From: Candidatus Heimdallarchaeota archaeon
Lineage (GTDB): Archaea; Asgardarchaeota; Heimdallarchaeia; JABLTI01
Assembly (NCBI GenBank): GCA_030614005.1
Contig: JAUWKS010000024.1
Span: 1-32,000 of the forward strand
Reading direction: 5' to 3'
DNA length: 32,000 nucleotides
Shown: positions 18,461 to 28,385 of the stretch, piece after piece
How the letters are laid out: each line of letters starts with the position of its first letter
Position numbering within the stretch: position 1 is the first letter of the stretch
The notes under the pieces: generated by a model
The model's input: only the letters and a program-made list of their open reading frames with translations
The model's database searches: none
Told to the model about the DNA's origin: nothing
Made by a program: the position numbers and the translations under genes

Positions 18461-18585
18461 ATATAATCACTCTAATATCTACTGTGAAATAGAATATTTA
18501 TACGTCTTTTATTTTTAAAACTTTTTAAAATAATAATACAAAAAATGACCCAAATCCCATATTTACCCTATAAGTAGCACTAAAT

Positions 18586-19566
18586 TTAGCTTTGAATGCT
18601 TTTCTTTAGCATCTCACTATTTATTTTTCCAAATGAATGGGTTTTTCCAGTACTTGTATTATTAACATTTAATTTCGCAGGAGCAAAGATAGCAGGATCT
18701 ATCTTGTAAAAATCACCCTTCGCTTCCTTAACAATTTCATAAAATAATGAACCATATTTTGGTGATGTTTCTGAAGTTGCTTTCTTGAGATATTCAATCA
18801 GTTTATTTTCGTCCTTACATTCAACTTGTAAGAACACCTCTGCACCATAAATTAACATATCATTCGTTCGTCCCATCATTAAATCAGTGTTACTCTGATG
18901 AATGGGTGCAATTGGTGCGGAACCACTTGCAGAAATAATTTGAGAAACATCCATTCCAAGATCAAATAATTTATGTAAAGCCGTTTCAACGGATCTCCCA
19001 GAAATTTGGGTAGAGCCTGCAATGCTGGTTGTAGAAACAAGAACAACATATAGACAATCTAATTCAACGTGACATTTATCAGCTATATATTTCAAAACTT
19101 TATCAGTAGGATATTTATCCGTTTCTAAAACAATAACAGTTTCCTCAATTTCTTCAACTAATGGTAACTTCTCGAATATGTGCTTTGGTTTTCGAGCAAG
19201 GACTCTTGCAGGACCACTACCCATTGCTTTGTAATTGTCTTTATCAATTGACCACCCTGCGAATTGTGATCCCAAAGTCGCTTCAACGGGGAAGTCTGTT
19301 ATAATAGAGATAGATGAAAGAGAAAAATCATCAGTAAACTTTGTCGTAGTAAGTGAAACGTCTCCAATACCACCTAAACAAAGTTGAGTTACATATTCTC
19401 CCGCTAAGTAGCCTCCTTTTGCTTTAATGCCAAAATCAATAATTATTGGTCCAAGCTTTGTTTCTAGAACTTTAGCTTTTAGCACATCACTATTACTTAG
19501 CATTTCATCGAATAGTTCGATAGCAGCGGCATTCAAATTTGACTGAATAGTTTTTTTACTTGGCAA
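18586..19566 (-). CDS. mch: Methenyltetrahydromethanopterin cyclohydrolase
   Basis: IIDFGIKAKGGYLAG, ATLGSQFAGW, AMGSGPAR, QISGRSVETALHKL, MGRTND, FYKIDPAIFAPA. Confidence 0.95.
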   Translation of the reverse strand: MPSKKTIQSNLNAAAIELFDEMLSNSDVLKAKVLETKLGPIIIDFGIKAKGGYLAGEYVTQLCLGGIGDVSLTTTKFTDDFSLSSISIITDFPVEATLGSQFAGWSIDKDNYKAMGSGPARVLARKPKHIFEKLPLVEEIEETVIVLETDKYPTDKVLKYIADKCHVELDCLYVVLVSTTSIAGSTQISGRSVETALHKLFDLGMDVSQIISASGSAPIAPIHQSNTDLMMGRTNDMLIYGAEVFLQVECKDENKLIEYLKKATSETSPKYGSLFYEIVKEAKGDFYKIDPAIFAPAKLNVNNTSTGKTHSFGKINSEMLKKSIQS

Positions 19567-19590
19567 CTTAATTCCACCATTCTCTTCGCA

Positions 19591-20478
19591 TCAAATAAGC
19601 TCTTTCAAATTAATATTAATAGAACCTAATTTTCCATCATAATTTGAGCTAGTAATTTTCAATACTCTCTTGTCAACCTTGAGAACATTAATTATACTAC
19701 TCATAGCTTTTTTCATTTCATCAATGTTAATAGCGTTAATGACTATTTCATATGCACATTTGCCATCTTTTGGTAGAGAACTATCTTCAATTTTATCCTT
19801 AAGAGTGGGGCAGAATTTATGATTTGTAGATTCATTCATAAACGAGTATTTTGAACCTATCTTTGATCCGGCACGGCAAATTCCACCAGGAAATGCAGTA
19901 ATTCCTTTTGCACCGGAATTTTGTAAAGCTTTAATCCCATCTCTTGCTGCATTAAGTGTATCTATTTCAGATTCACCTATTATTATCAAAACTCCACCAG
20001 CAATTCCTTTGCCCATTTGGAATGATTCCTCGATTAGAAAAGAACCATCCATTACAGGAATATTCCACATTGTTTTATCAAAAAGTGTGACTTTCTTCTG
20101 ATGCCCATCACCAAAATAAGAAATCAATTTACCAATAGGTTCTGATTTATCTCCATCTTCGAGCATATTGAAGATGTTTGTAGTAGGAGCTGTAAGAGCA
20201 CTTTGTGATAACCTTGCTAACAATGCTTCTTTCATCTTCGAGCTATTTTGAGCCCAAATTTGAATTATTACTCCTGCTCTTCCATCAGGTGTTTCAGTTG
20301 GATTCAAAATTTTTTCTATTCCTGCTTCAGCAGAACACATTATTATACTGGTAGCAAAACCTACGGTATTGTTTGCAGCAATTAATGCTAATTCTAAATC
20401 AGCTGCAGTGATTAATATGCGTGAATAACGCATTTTAAAACATTCAGAAAAAGTATCTTCAACCTTTGCTTGACTCAT
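19591..20478 (-). CDS. ftr: Formylmethanofuran-tetrahydromethanopterin N-formyltransferase
   Basis: VEDTFSECF, GFATSIIMCSAEAGIE, TPDGRAG, GICRAGSKIGSKY, STNHKFCPTL, YEIVIN, NYDGKLG. ATG at 20478 preferred. Confidence 0.93.
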   Translation of the reverse strand: MSQAKVEDTFSECFKMRYSRILITAADLELALIAANNTVGFATSIIMCSAEAGIEKILNPTETPDGRAGVIIQIWAQNSSKMKEALLARLSQSALTAPTTNIFNMLEDGDKSEPIGKLISYFGDGHQKKVTLFDKTMWNIPVMDGSFLIEESFQMGKGIAGGVLIIIGESEIDTLNAARDGIKALQNSGAKGITAFPGGICRAGSKIGSKYSFMNESTNHKFCPTLKDKIEDSSLPKDGKCAYEIVINAINIDEMKKAMSSIINVLKVDKRVLKITSSNYDGKLGSININLKELI

Positions 20479-20479
20479 T

Positions 20480-20926
20480 TTATCTTCTCTCAGGTATATT
20501 TTCTTGTTGGTGTTCATGGTCAAGTATATGTTCGTTAAATGCTCTTTGCCACCGAGATTCAGTTACTATGGGAGCAATCCCAAATGTGCAAGCCCCTAGA
20601 ATAACAAATGTTAAGACAGCTTTAATTCCAATTGAACAATTTTCTGGGCTTTGTATACACGAAGTGCGAATATGATCATAAAGCAGAGTGTATTTAATAT
20701 AAATTGGATAGAATGGGAAGATAAATAGAAAAATCAGCATAGTAGTGGGGTTAGTTATCAAAGGATAAGCTCTTGGTTCTGTTTCAAACGCTTTCTCGTG
20801 ATGTTCCTCAAAATCTTGGAATAGCCAATATTGGTATATAATATAATAAATCCCAAAAGTTACTATTGATAAGAATAACACTCGTCTATATTTTCTCATA
20901 GTTCCAAATTTGTGTTCTTTAGGCAT
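20480..20926 (-). CDS. DUF4234-like small membrane protein
   Basis: LFLSIVTFGIYYIIYQYW and a second LGACTFGIAPI repeat. Likely start is ATG 20926 (MPKEHKF); the ORF track extends to 21055. Confidence 0.6.
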   Translation of the reverse strand: MPKEHKFGTMRKYRRVLFLSIVTFGIYYIIYQYWLFQDFEEHHEKAFETEPRAYPLITNPTTMLIFLFIFPFYPIYIKYTLLYDHIRTSCIQSPENCSIGIKAVLTFVILGACTFGIAPIVTESRWQRAFNEHILDHEHQQENIPERR

Positions 20927-21065
20927 TCTGCAACACTCCACAAAGCCGTTGATTAATAAAACAACAATCATTACTATTAAAGACTTTTCAAGGAATAGAA
21001 TTTCGTTACTTGAATTTTTGAAGAAAAAAAGAGGCAGAAGATACCTTGTAAACAAGGTAACTTTC

Positions 21066-21806
21066 TTATTTTAACATCTCAGTGGTTTTTAGGCTATCCC
21101 AAGCTTTCGCATCCCCACGTTTAATCTTCCTAAATTCAGGAAGATGTCTTATGGTTATTACAAGCCACATCCCAAGGGCATAAAGAAGGATAAAAGGCCA
21201 CCCGAGCTGTCCATCTGTGAAATAAATATGAGGCCAGAATGCTATAAACAGATCAGCTAATCCTAAAGAAGCAGAAATTGTATCTACAAGATACCAGAGC
21301 GGAGAAATGAAGAGTAACGACCAACAAGAGCCGATACCAGAAAAGCCGCTTACACGTATCATAACAAAAACGGCAACCATCCAGAATAAAGCTGTAGGCC
21401 AATAAATATAGACAAATAATCCAAGGCAAGTACCTAAACCTTTACCGCCTTTAAATCCTAGATAAGGCATCCAACAGTGACCAGCCACTGCTGCAATTGC
21501 GCATAATATTACATAAAATTGTGTATAGAAGCCTTCTGAACTAGTTTCTACAATTGGCGCTATAAGGTATTCAACTATTGCTACTGCAAGGGCTCCTTTT
21601 ACAATATCAACTGAAAAAGTTATTGTGCCCCATGGCCATAACCCTGCGGCACGAATAGTATTTCTTGTGCTTACAGAACCTGAACCAAATTCTCTGGGGT
21701 CAATACCAGCAACGCTTTTACTGACAATATACGCTGTTGGGAATCCACCAATAAGAAAACCAATTATAGGTGATATAAAGAAAGGCCAAATAAGTGCGAA
21801 CGACAA
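21066..21806 (-). CDS. plsY: Glycerol-3-phosphate acyltransferase (PlsY family)
   Basis: FLIGGFPTAY, GIDPREFGSG, DIVKG, AAVAGHCW...GFKGGKG, RH near the C-terminus; multiple TM helices. Confidence 0.85.
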   Translation of the reverse strand: MSFALIWPFFISPIIGFLIGGFPTAYIVSKSVAGIDPREFGSGSVSTRNTIRAAGLWPWGTITFSVDIVKGALAVAIVEYLIAPIVETSSEGFYTQFYVILCAIAAVAGHCWMPYLGFKGGKGLGTCLGLFVYIYWPTALFWMVAVFVMIRVSGFSGIGSCWSLLFISPLWYLVDTISASLGLADLFIAFWPHIYFTDGQLGWPFILLYALGMWLVITIRHLPEFRKIKRGDAKAWDSLKTTEMLK

Positions 21807-21906
21807 ATTAAATCACTAGTGCGTTCTATAATTTCCGCATTTAAAAAAAATTCGCTTGTAATGACTCTTTGACAATCAAATAATGGAAAAAGAATTGAAA
21901 AAATGG

Positions 21907-22614
21907 TTAAGCAAGACTTACTTTATTCTTAGCTAATAGAAGCAACCCATGCGTTTCCAACTCAACTAAGCGTTCATCTAAAGTTTCTTCAGAAATATGG
22001 AGGATAATAGACAAATCTTTAATTTCCAATATTCCACCTCGAGATGCCAATGTTTGAACAATGCGTTGATCCATTCGTTGAGGTAGCAGCTCAAAAGAAA
22101 TCGCGCGAATTTGGCGACGTATATTAGAATATGTTGCTTCTGCAATTGATTTTGCAACATTTATATCTTGAAGTTCCACACCTAGGCTCTTCAACAATTC
22201 ACTATATTCCGAAAGTTTACTTGTGGAATGTGGTTGTTTAGCTAACTCAGCGCATTTTTGGACTATTTCATCAAGTTCTGGAAAATCATCAGGTGTTTGG
22301 ATAGCTATTTTCGGAACATCAAATAAACCAATATCAAACATTTCAGGAGAAATCTGTACTTCAACACGTACAGCTCTTGCAATTGAATAATACCTACGAG
22401 GAGCGCCTTGACCAGCATCTTTGAAATCAGATTCAAGCAAACCGGCTGTTTCAAGTAATTGAAGATGTCTGAAAATGGCTTGTTGACCTAACTCAAGTTG
22501 GTATGATAATTGAGAAAGGTACATTGGTTCTGATGCAAGCATAGAAAGTATTTTTCTCCTTGTACCACTCTTTAGAGCCAAGAATATCTGATCAGTATCA
22601 GTCATTTTCATCAT
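21907..22614 (-). CDS. ArsR-family transcriptional regulator (Phr/HSR1-like heat-shock regulator)
   Basis: FLALKSGTRRKILSML...AIFRHLQLLETAGLL...PRRYYSI wHTH, a coiled-coil, and a second C-terminal wHTH. Start uncertain (22605-22641). Confidence 0.8.
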   Translation of the reverse strand: MMKMTDTDQIFLALKSGTRRKILSMLASEPMYLSQLSYQLELGQQAIFRHLQLLETAGLLESDFKDAGQGAPRRYYSIARAVRVEVQISPEMFDIGLFDVPKIAIQTPDDFPELDEIVQKCAELAKQPHSTSKLSEYSELLKSLGVELQDINVAKSIAEATYSNIRRQIRAISFELLPQRMDQRIVQTLASRGGILEIKDLSIILHISEETLDERLVELETHGLLLLAKNKVSLA

Positions 22615-22678
22615 CTTTTTACCGTTTTTTCTTTTATTCAATATTTATGTCATTGTATATTTCTTCATTCTACTTACT

Positions 22679-24922
22679 CTAAATGAAAGTTGAAACTTCG
22701 CCATCCTTAAACTTTTCATTTATACCACGATATCGTTTCAAATCTTCAGACGTTCCTTTGTGGATTTTTGCCAAAGCTTGTTCGAATAGTTTATGGGAAA
22801 TTGTAAATTCTTTCTTTGAAAGTTTCTCAATAGCTTCTTCTTGTGTCATTGATTTGGTAATAAAATTTCTAACGGCTAACATACCTGTTTCTTTTACCAT
22901 CGAGGCTATATCTGCTCCAGTAAATCCTTCTGTTTCTTTAGCAAGAGTACTAAGATTTACATTACTTGATAATGGCATATTTTGAGTATGTATTTTCAAA
23001 ATCGCTTTTCTACCTTTGAGATTTGGTAAATCAATACTAATGTAGCGATCTGTTCTTCCAGGTCGTAGGATTGCAGGATCAATAATATCTGGTCGATTAG
23101 ATGCCATAATAACTACCACATTCTTTAGCTTTGATAAGCCATCAATTTCGGTTAGTAATTGACTAACTACTCGTTCAGTGACATTATTATCACCTGATCC
23201 TACACGTCGAGGAGTTATACTATCAACTTCATCCATAAAAATGATACATGGTGCAGATTGTCGTGCCTTACGGAAAATTTCTCGAATCGCTTTTTCTGAT
23301 TCACCGACCCATTTACTCAGCATTTCAGGACCTTTTATACTAATGAAGTTGGTTTCACTCTCCGTTGCCACTGCTTTTGCTAAAAGAGTTTTACCTGTTC
23401 CTGGAGGACCATATAAAAGTATTCCTTTGGGTGGATCTATACCAGCTGCAGTAAAAACTTCAGGATATTTGATTGGCCATTCTATTGCTTCTTTTAATTG
23501 GTGAATAGCATTTTCTAAACCACCAATTTGATCCCATGTGACATCGGGTTTTTCAACAAATACTTCACGCAGAGCAGAAGGTTCTACCATCGCCAAAGCG
23601 TTTTGGAAATCGTTTTGTGTGACTTCAATTTCTTGTAACACTTCAGGTGGTACCGTTTCTTCTTGCCAATCAATTTTCGGCAAAATATTTCGTAAAGCAC
23701 TCATTGCTGCTTCTTTTACAAGAGCAGCCATATCTGCACCTACAAAACCGTGAGTAACTTTTGCAACTCGTTCCAAATCAAAATCTTCTGTAAGAGGCAT
23801 TCCTCGAGTATGAATTTGAAGTATATCAAAACGACCTTGGGCATCAGGCACACCAATTTCTATTTCACGATCGAATCTTCCTCCACGCCTTAGTGCAGGA
23901 TCAAGGGAATTGGGTCTGTTTGTAGCAGCAATTACAACAACTTGTCCACGACTCTGGAGACCGTCCATCAATGCAAGTAATTGAGCAACAACTCTTCTTT
24001 CAACTTCACCAGTTACTTCAGAGCGTTTTGGAGCAATTGCATCAATTTCATCAATAAAGATTATAGATGGAGCGTTATCTTCTGCTTCTTTGAAAACACC
24101 ACGAATATTGGCTTCACTTTCACCATAAAATTTCGACATAATCTCTGGACCGCTCAAGTGTATAAAATGACAATCTGTCTCACCAGCAACAGCTTTAGCT
24201 AACATTGTTTTACCAGTTCCAGGAGGACCGTATAAAAGCAATCCTTTGGGAGCTTCTACACCAAGTTTTTCAAAGATTTCTGGGTACCTCAAAGGAAGCT
24301 CAATCATTTCTCGGAGCTTCTGGATAACATCCTCTAATCCACCAATATCCTCATAGCTAATTTGAGCTATTTTTGTATCCTCAGCAGAAATAGGAGCAGA
24401 TCGTAAATCGATAGATGTTTTCTCTGAAACAATGACTGTATTTATTTGTTTAGGAGAAACTCTTGCAACTTTGAAAACGATTTGATTTCCTCCGAGTATT
24501 TGAATTCTAATTTGATCACCTATAGAAACAGGTCGACCATTAAGAATTTGTAGAAGAAATTTACCATCCAGTTCCCCTCTAATTTGCTGTGTTGGAGCAA
24601 CGACCACTTTTGTTCCAGTAGGAGGTTTTATTGGTTGTATTGTAACAAATTCATCTAGCTTTACACCAGAATTTAACCTAATAGTACCATCTATTCTGAT
24701 GATTCCTTTTTTCTCGTCTTCAGGATATCCCGGCCAAACTTTTGCAGCAGTTCGTGTTTTTCCAACTACTTCAATAATGTCTCCAGCAGATAATCCCAAT
24801 TGTTTCATAATTGAATGACCGATTCTGGCTAAACCTTTGCCTACATCCCTGTACTGTGAATCTGACACTCGTAAACGTATTAATTTATCTCTATTTTTAT
24901 CTTCTATTCCAGTAGATGACAT
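22679..24922 (-). CDS. cdc48: CDC48/VCP family AAA+ ATPase
   Basis: N-domain ([10 protein letters not shown]), two AAA modules each with GPPGTGKT and DEID/DEVD, SRH motifs ATNRP/ASNRP. Confidence 0.97.
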   Translation of the reverse strand: MSSTGIEDKNRDKLIRLRVSDSQYRDVGKGLARIGHSIMKQLGLSAGDIIEVVGKTRTAAKVWPGYPEDEKKGIIRIDGTIRLNSGVKLDEFVTIQPIKPPTGTKVVVAPTQQIRGELDGKFLLQILNGRPVSIGDQIRIQILGGNQIVFKVARVSPKQINTVIVSEKTSIDLRSAPISAEDTKIAQISYEDIGGLEDVIQKLREMIELPLRYPEIFEKLGVEAPKGLLLYGPPGTGKTMLAKAVAGETDCHFIHLSGPEIMSKFYGESEANIRGVFKEAEDNAPSIIFIDEIDAIAPKRSEVTGEVERRVVAQLLALMDGLQSRGQVVVIAATNRPNSLDPALRRGGRFDREIEIGVPDAQGRFDILQIHTRGMPLTEDFDLERVAKVTHGFVGADMAALVKEAAMSALRNILPKIDWQEETVPPEVLQEIEVTQNDFQNALAMVEPSALREVFVEKPDVTWDQIGGLENAIHQLKEAIEWPIKYPEVFTAAGIDPPKGILLYGPPGTGKTLLAKAVATESETNFISIKGPEMLSKWVGESEKAIREIFRKARQSAPCIIFMDEVDSITPRRVGSGDNNVTERVVSQLLTEIDGLSKLKNVVVIMASNRPDIIDPAILRPGRTDRYISIDLPNLKGRKAILKIHTQNMPLSSNVNLSTLAKETEGFTGADIASMVKETGMLAVRNFITKSMTQEEAIEKLSKKEFTISHKLFEQALAKIHKGTSEDLKRYRGINEKFKDGEVSTFI

Positions 24923-24982
24923 ACTATTCCATCTCCATTAAATATGTAATATTTTGCTTACTGATTTTAAAAAGTAAAAATC

Positions 24983-25567
24983 TTATTCGATCTTTACTTC
25001 AAATCCTTGCTCAGCCTTAGCATGTTCTTTTCTTTCCACAGTTAGTTCTAGGATTCCGTTGCGGTATTTTGCAACAGCTGTTTTTGGATTAATCTTTACA
25101 GATAATTCTCGTTCGCAAGAGTAATTACGATCAGGACCTGTTGCACTGATAATAATCTTTGAGTCAGTAGTTTTAACATTAACTTCGTTTTTTGCTACAC
25201 CAGGAAGTTCTGCAACAACTCGAACAACCTTATCTTCAATGAAGACATCTACAAGCGGTTCGCGATCTTTTGTAGCGATAGGAGCTCCTTTTAGTGATGG
25301 TTTTACATTTCCAAATTCTTTGAAAACTGGTTTTCCGTCAGGACCTATACTCATATTCCATCCCCATGTTAGTGGACCCATTTTTTTTCTAAATGCTTCA
25401 GGATCCGAAGCATCAAAATTTTCCATCATTTTGTTTACTTCTTCCATTAGTTGAGCAATGAATTCTTCATTAAAAACTCCACTATTTTCGAATAAATCAA
25501 AAGGCAACCATGGGAACATTTCTTTCCATTTCTCATATTCATCGTCTTTTTTTCTTCTCCAAGACAT
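24983..25567 (-). CDS. hsp20: Archaeal small heat shock protein Hsp20
   Basis: GPLTWGWNMSIGPDGKPVFKEFGNV, REPLVDV, VAELPGV, AKYRNGILE. ATG 25567 with gaggt RBS; the upstream extension in the ORF track is unlikely to be real. Confidence 0.93.
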   Translation of the reverse strand: MSWRRKKDDEYEKWKEMFPWLPFDLFENSGVFNEEFIAQLMEEVNKMMENFDASDPEAFRKKMGPLTWGWNMSIGPDGKPVFKEFGNVKPSLKGAPIATKDREPLVDVFIEDKVVRVVAELPGVAKNEVNVKTTDSKIIISATGPDRNYSCERELSVKINPKTAVAKYRNGILELTVERKEHAKAEQGFEVKIE

Positions 25568-25619
25568 TATTAGTACCTCATTTTTCAGTAATTTGTTGAA
25601 ATAGTTCTTTTTCTCACAG

Positions 25620-25678
25620 TTTAGAGAGTTACTCACTAAAAAGTTAATAGTAAAACAACTATCTAAGCAATATTTAAA
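25620..25678 (-). promoter_or_regulatory. hsp20 promoter: TATA box plus downstream inverted repeat (candidate operator)
   Basis: TTTAAATA at 25678-25671 on the minus strand. TTTAGAGAGT-t-ACTCACTAAA (9/10 match) at 25620-25640. Confidence 0.5.
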
Positions 25679-25754
25679 CCTTATCATATTGATTGAAAAA
25701 TAACTAATCAAGTAAAAGCTAGAAAAATAAAGTAATGGAAAAAACAAGAGAAAA

Positions 25755-25778
25755 AGTTGTTAGATAAGACTAACAACT
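25755..25778 (-). terminator. Terminator of the upstream membrane-protein gene
   Basis: AGTTGTTAG-ataaga-CTAACAACT perfect inverted repeat overlapping the stop codon, followed by T-runs on the minus strand. Confidence 0.55.
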
Positions 25779-26589
25779 AATTAATATCAACTTTGACTCG
25801 TGATAGAATTTCATACATATCATCGACTTTCTTGTTGATACGCATCACGTTCTTCAGGACAATTGCTCTATTAGATCGGATAGGAGTTAGCACAAGTGTT
25901 CCAGAGCGGAAAATGAGTAATTCAATTAGATCAGGAAATTCTTTCACAATGGACATATCGGAAGCTGGAAATCGTTCAATGCCACCACCAAACCCTTTGT
26001 GATGTAATAATTCATTCCCTTCAACGATGTAATAGTTGAATAATGCACTTAGTAGCGTAAATACTAAGATAAAGAGTAACAATGCAGCTATTATATAGTA
26101 AACCCAATAGGAGAAATAGATACTCATCTCAATACCAGTTCCACTGCCACTTGTAAGAAAACCCGTGTAAGCATTTACAAGTAAGAGAACAGCAATCAAA
26201 GCAACAAACAAAATTGCAAGAATAATAGTTGTTGCACGATCAAAGTCGAATGCAATCAGAATAAGATTTAGTGAAAAAATTACTAAGAATATAATACCAA
26301 TTATATTCCCATACCCATTTCCTACACTTGCTTCGTCATAAGGCATAGCAATTGTTAAATCTAAACTCATTTGAACAATCCCGCAAATAAGAGCAGTGAT
26401 GAATGAAGGGATAAATAATATCATTGAGGAATAAGAGCGAATAATCATTCTATCTTTGTATTCCTTACCCGTATCATCTTCGGGATCAACTTGTTTATCT
26501 ATATAAACTGTTTGAATTTTTACATGTTCATTGGAAGCATTAGTAGGTTTCATAGGAACTCCTTCATTTTCAATTTCGGTTTCGGACAT
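25777..26589 (-). CDS. Membrane protein with a C-terminal bacterial PH-like domain
   Basis: About 4 TM helices. C-terminal YIVEGNELLHHKGFGG...ELLIFRSGTLVLT resembles the bPH_2 pattern. ATG with ggtga RBS. Confidence 0.55.
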   Translation of the reverse strand: MSETEIENEGVPMKPTNASNEHVKIQTVYIDKQVDPEDDTGKEYKDRMIIRSYSSMILFIPSFITALICGIVQMSLDLTIAMPYDEASVGNGYGNIIGIIFLVIFSLNLILIAFDFDRATTIILAILFVALIAVLLLVNAYTGFLTSGSGTGIEMSIYFSYWVYYIIAALLLFILVFTLLSALFNYYIVEGNELLHHKGFGGGIERFPASDMSIVKEFPDLIELLIFRSGTLVLTPIRSNRAIVLKNVMRINKKVDDMYEILSRVKVDIN

Positions 26590-26751
26590 AGAATATCACC
26601 ATACTGAAGAGTAAAGCTTTATGATAAAATAAAGCTTCTTATGGAAGAAACTAAGAGCAAAAAAATTGTTTGTAGGCAAAAAGTCTAAAAAGATAGATAT
26701 TTAACTTCAAACACCTAATAATTAGATAGGTAGAACCTTTTCAAAGGATCA

Positions 26752-27429
26752 ATGGAGATTTTAATGTCACCACCCGATTACAAAAAATTATACGAAATCG
26801 TTTGTGATCTCTATTCTAACACAGAGCACTTCTATTATGGACAGTGGGATGAAACATTTTTTACCCTACGTGTTTTTGAGACTTGTAAAGATTTAATCAA
26901 AAAATCGAAAGCAAATGTTGAAAAAGAGGTAATTCTTACTGCAGCGATTTTCCATGATATTGGTAAAACTAAACTAAACACAGAAGAGAAAATCAAAAAA
27001 GAATGGGATGATCACCCGATTTATGGCGCTAAATTAACCCGTGAAATATTGTCTAAACAAGGTAAATATGAAAATGGCTTTATAGAAAAAGTTGTTGACC
27101 TTGTAAAACATCACGATGACAGACCAGGCAAAGTAGATATGATTCGCTCAGATGAATTGAAAATCTTACAGGATGCAGATCTATTGGCAGATATGGGCAT
27201 TGCTAGTTTTATCCGACCATTTCTCTATAGTGGAAAGAACAAACGAAGAACACTAGAAAATGTAAATTATATCAAAACAGAGAGAAGAACAAACGGCGGA
27301 ATATCGAAAGAAAACCTATATCGCTTAAATCTCAAATCATCAAAACGTTTTGCGAAAAAATTAATGAAAGAAGCACAAAAATTAGACAATAAGATATTAA
27401 AAATGACACAATCAGAATTAGTGGAATAA
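26752..27429 (+). CDS. HD-domain protein
   Basis: AAIFHDIGK, HPIYGA, VKHHD, LQDADLL. Confidence 0.8.
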   Translation: MEILMSPPDYKKLYEIVCDLYSNTEHFYYGQWDETFFTLRVFETCKDLIKKSKANVEKEVILTAAIFHDIGKTKLNTEEKIKKEWDDHPIYGAKLTREILSKQGKYENGFIEKVVDLVKHHDDRPGKVDMIRSDELKILQDADLLADMGIASFIRPFLYSGKNKRRTLENVNYIKTERRTNGGISKENLYRLNLKSSKRFAKKLMKEAQKLDNKILKMTQSELVE

Positions 27430-27563
27430 CATTATTGGCTTCTTTATAAATTTGCGCCGAAAACATTTGAACTTCGCAGAGGAATCTATCAAATAAGTAA
27501 GTGTTCTATTTCTTTTTGAGCTTATCATTGAGAGTCTATGTAAGCGAAATTGCAAAGAAATTA

Positions 27564-28273
27564 TTAAGAACTCTTTATCAACCTAAAGAAAATGAAATGT
27601 GGATTAGCTAAAAGTTGTTCATATATTTCAGGGTTCTTTTCTTTTGCTTCTTTTATCGGCAGAGGTTCCAAAAGAATATCAACAAAGAATCCAGTCTTTC
27701 TGAATATTGCAAACATACTTGCCAATGTTCTATGATAATAACTAACAGGGTAAGTTTTTCCATTAATAGTCCAAGATTCACTGTAAAGCTCCTTTTTGAA
27801 GTAATTAGGTTTATTGAACCAACGCCATCTGCATGAGGGTGATGTGTGGAAAAAACTACGTAACCATTTTTCTTAAGAATACGACTGAATTCTGTGAATA
27901 CAATCAACCAGTTACTGATATAATGAAGAACAAGTGAGGAAACAATAACATCAATAGAATTATCTGAAATGAAATCAAGAGGTTTGCTAAGATCAGCCAC
28001 AAGAACCTGTGCTTTATCGCCTAATCGTTTTTTCGTACATTTGACCATTTCTTCACTGATGTCACAAGCGATAACATTCGCACCTTGAGTCACTAACCAC
28101 TCTGTTAAACTCCCAGAACCACAACCTGCATCTAACACTTTATTACCTTTAATATCTGGCATTATTGCTTTTGTTGCAGGGCGCTCATACAAAGCATTAT
28201 GCAAACTGGTTTCATTCTTTTGAGCATAAAGCTCTGCCATATCATCATACTGTTTTGATGGATTAGCATTCAT
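27564..28273 (-). pseudogene. Class I SAM-dependent methyltransferase, frameshifted
   Basis: VLDAGCGSG, ACDISEEMV, SSLVLHY, STHHP. A single missing base at about 27826 restores DWRWFNKPNYFK...YYHRTL...GF.VD.LLEPLP...NPHFIFFRL, ending TAA at 27564. Confidence 0.8.
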
Positions 28274-28385
28274 AATTTTTATTATTACTTCAAGGATTAA
28301 AAACTGTTTATATTATAAATGCGATTTACTGAGTAATTAACAAAGGTTCATATTTAAGTTTAGAAAAATAGGATAGTGTTAGAGA

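Noticed and set aside
25568-25747. N-terminal extension of Hsp20 in the ORF track
   Set aside because: Low-complexity sequence overlapping the promoter; a strong RBS precedes ATG 25567.
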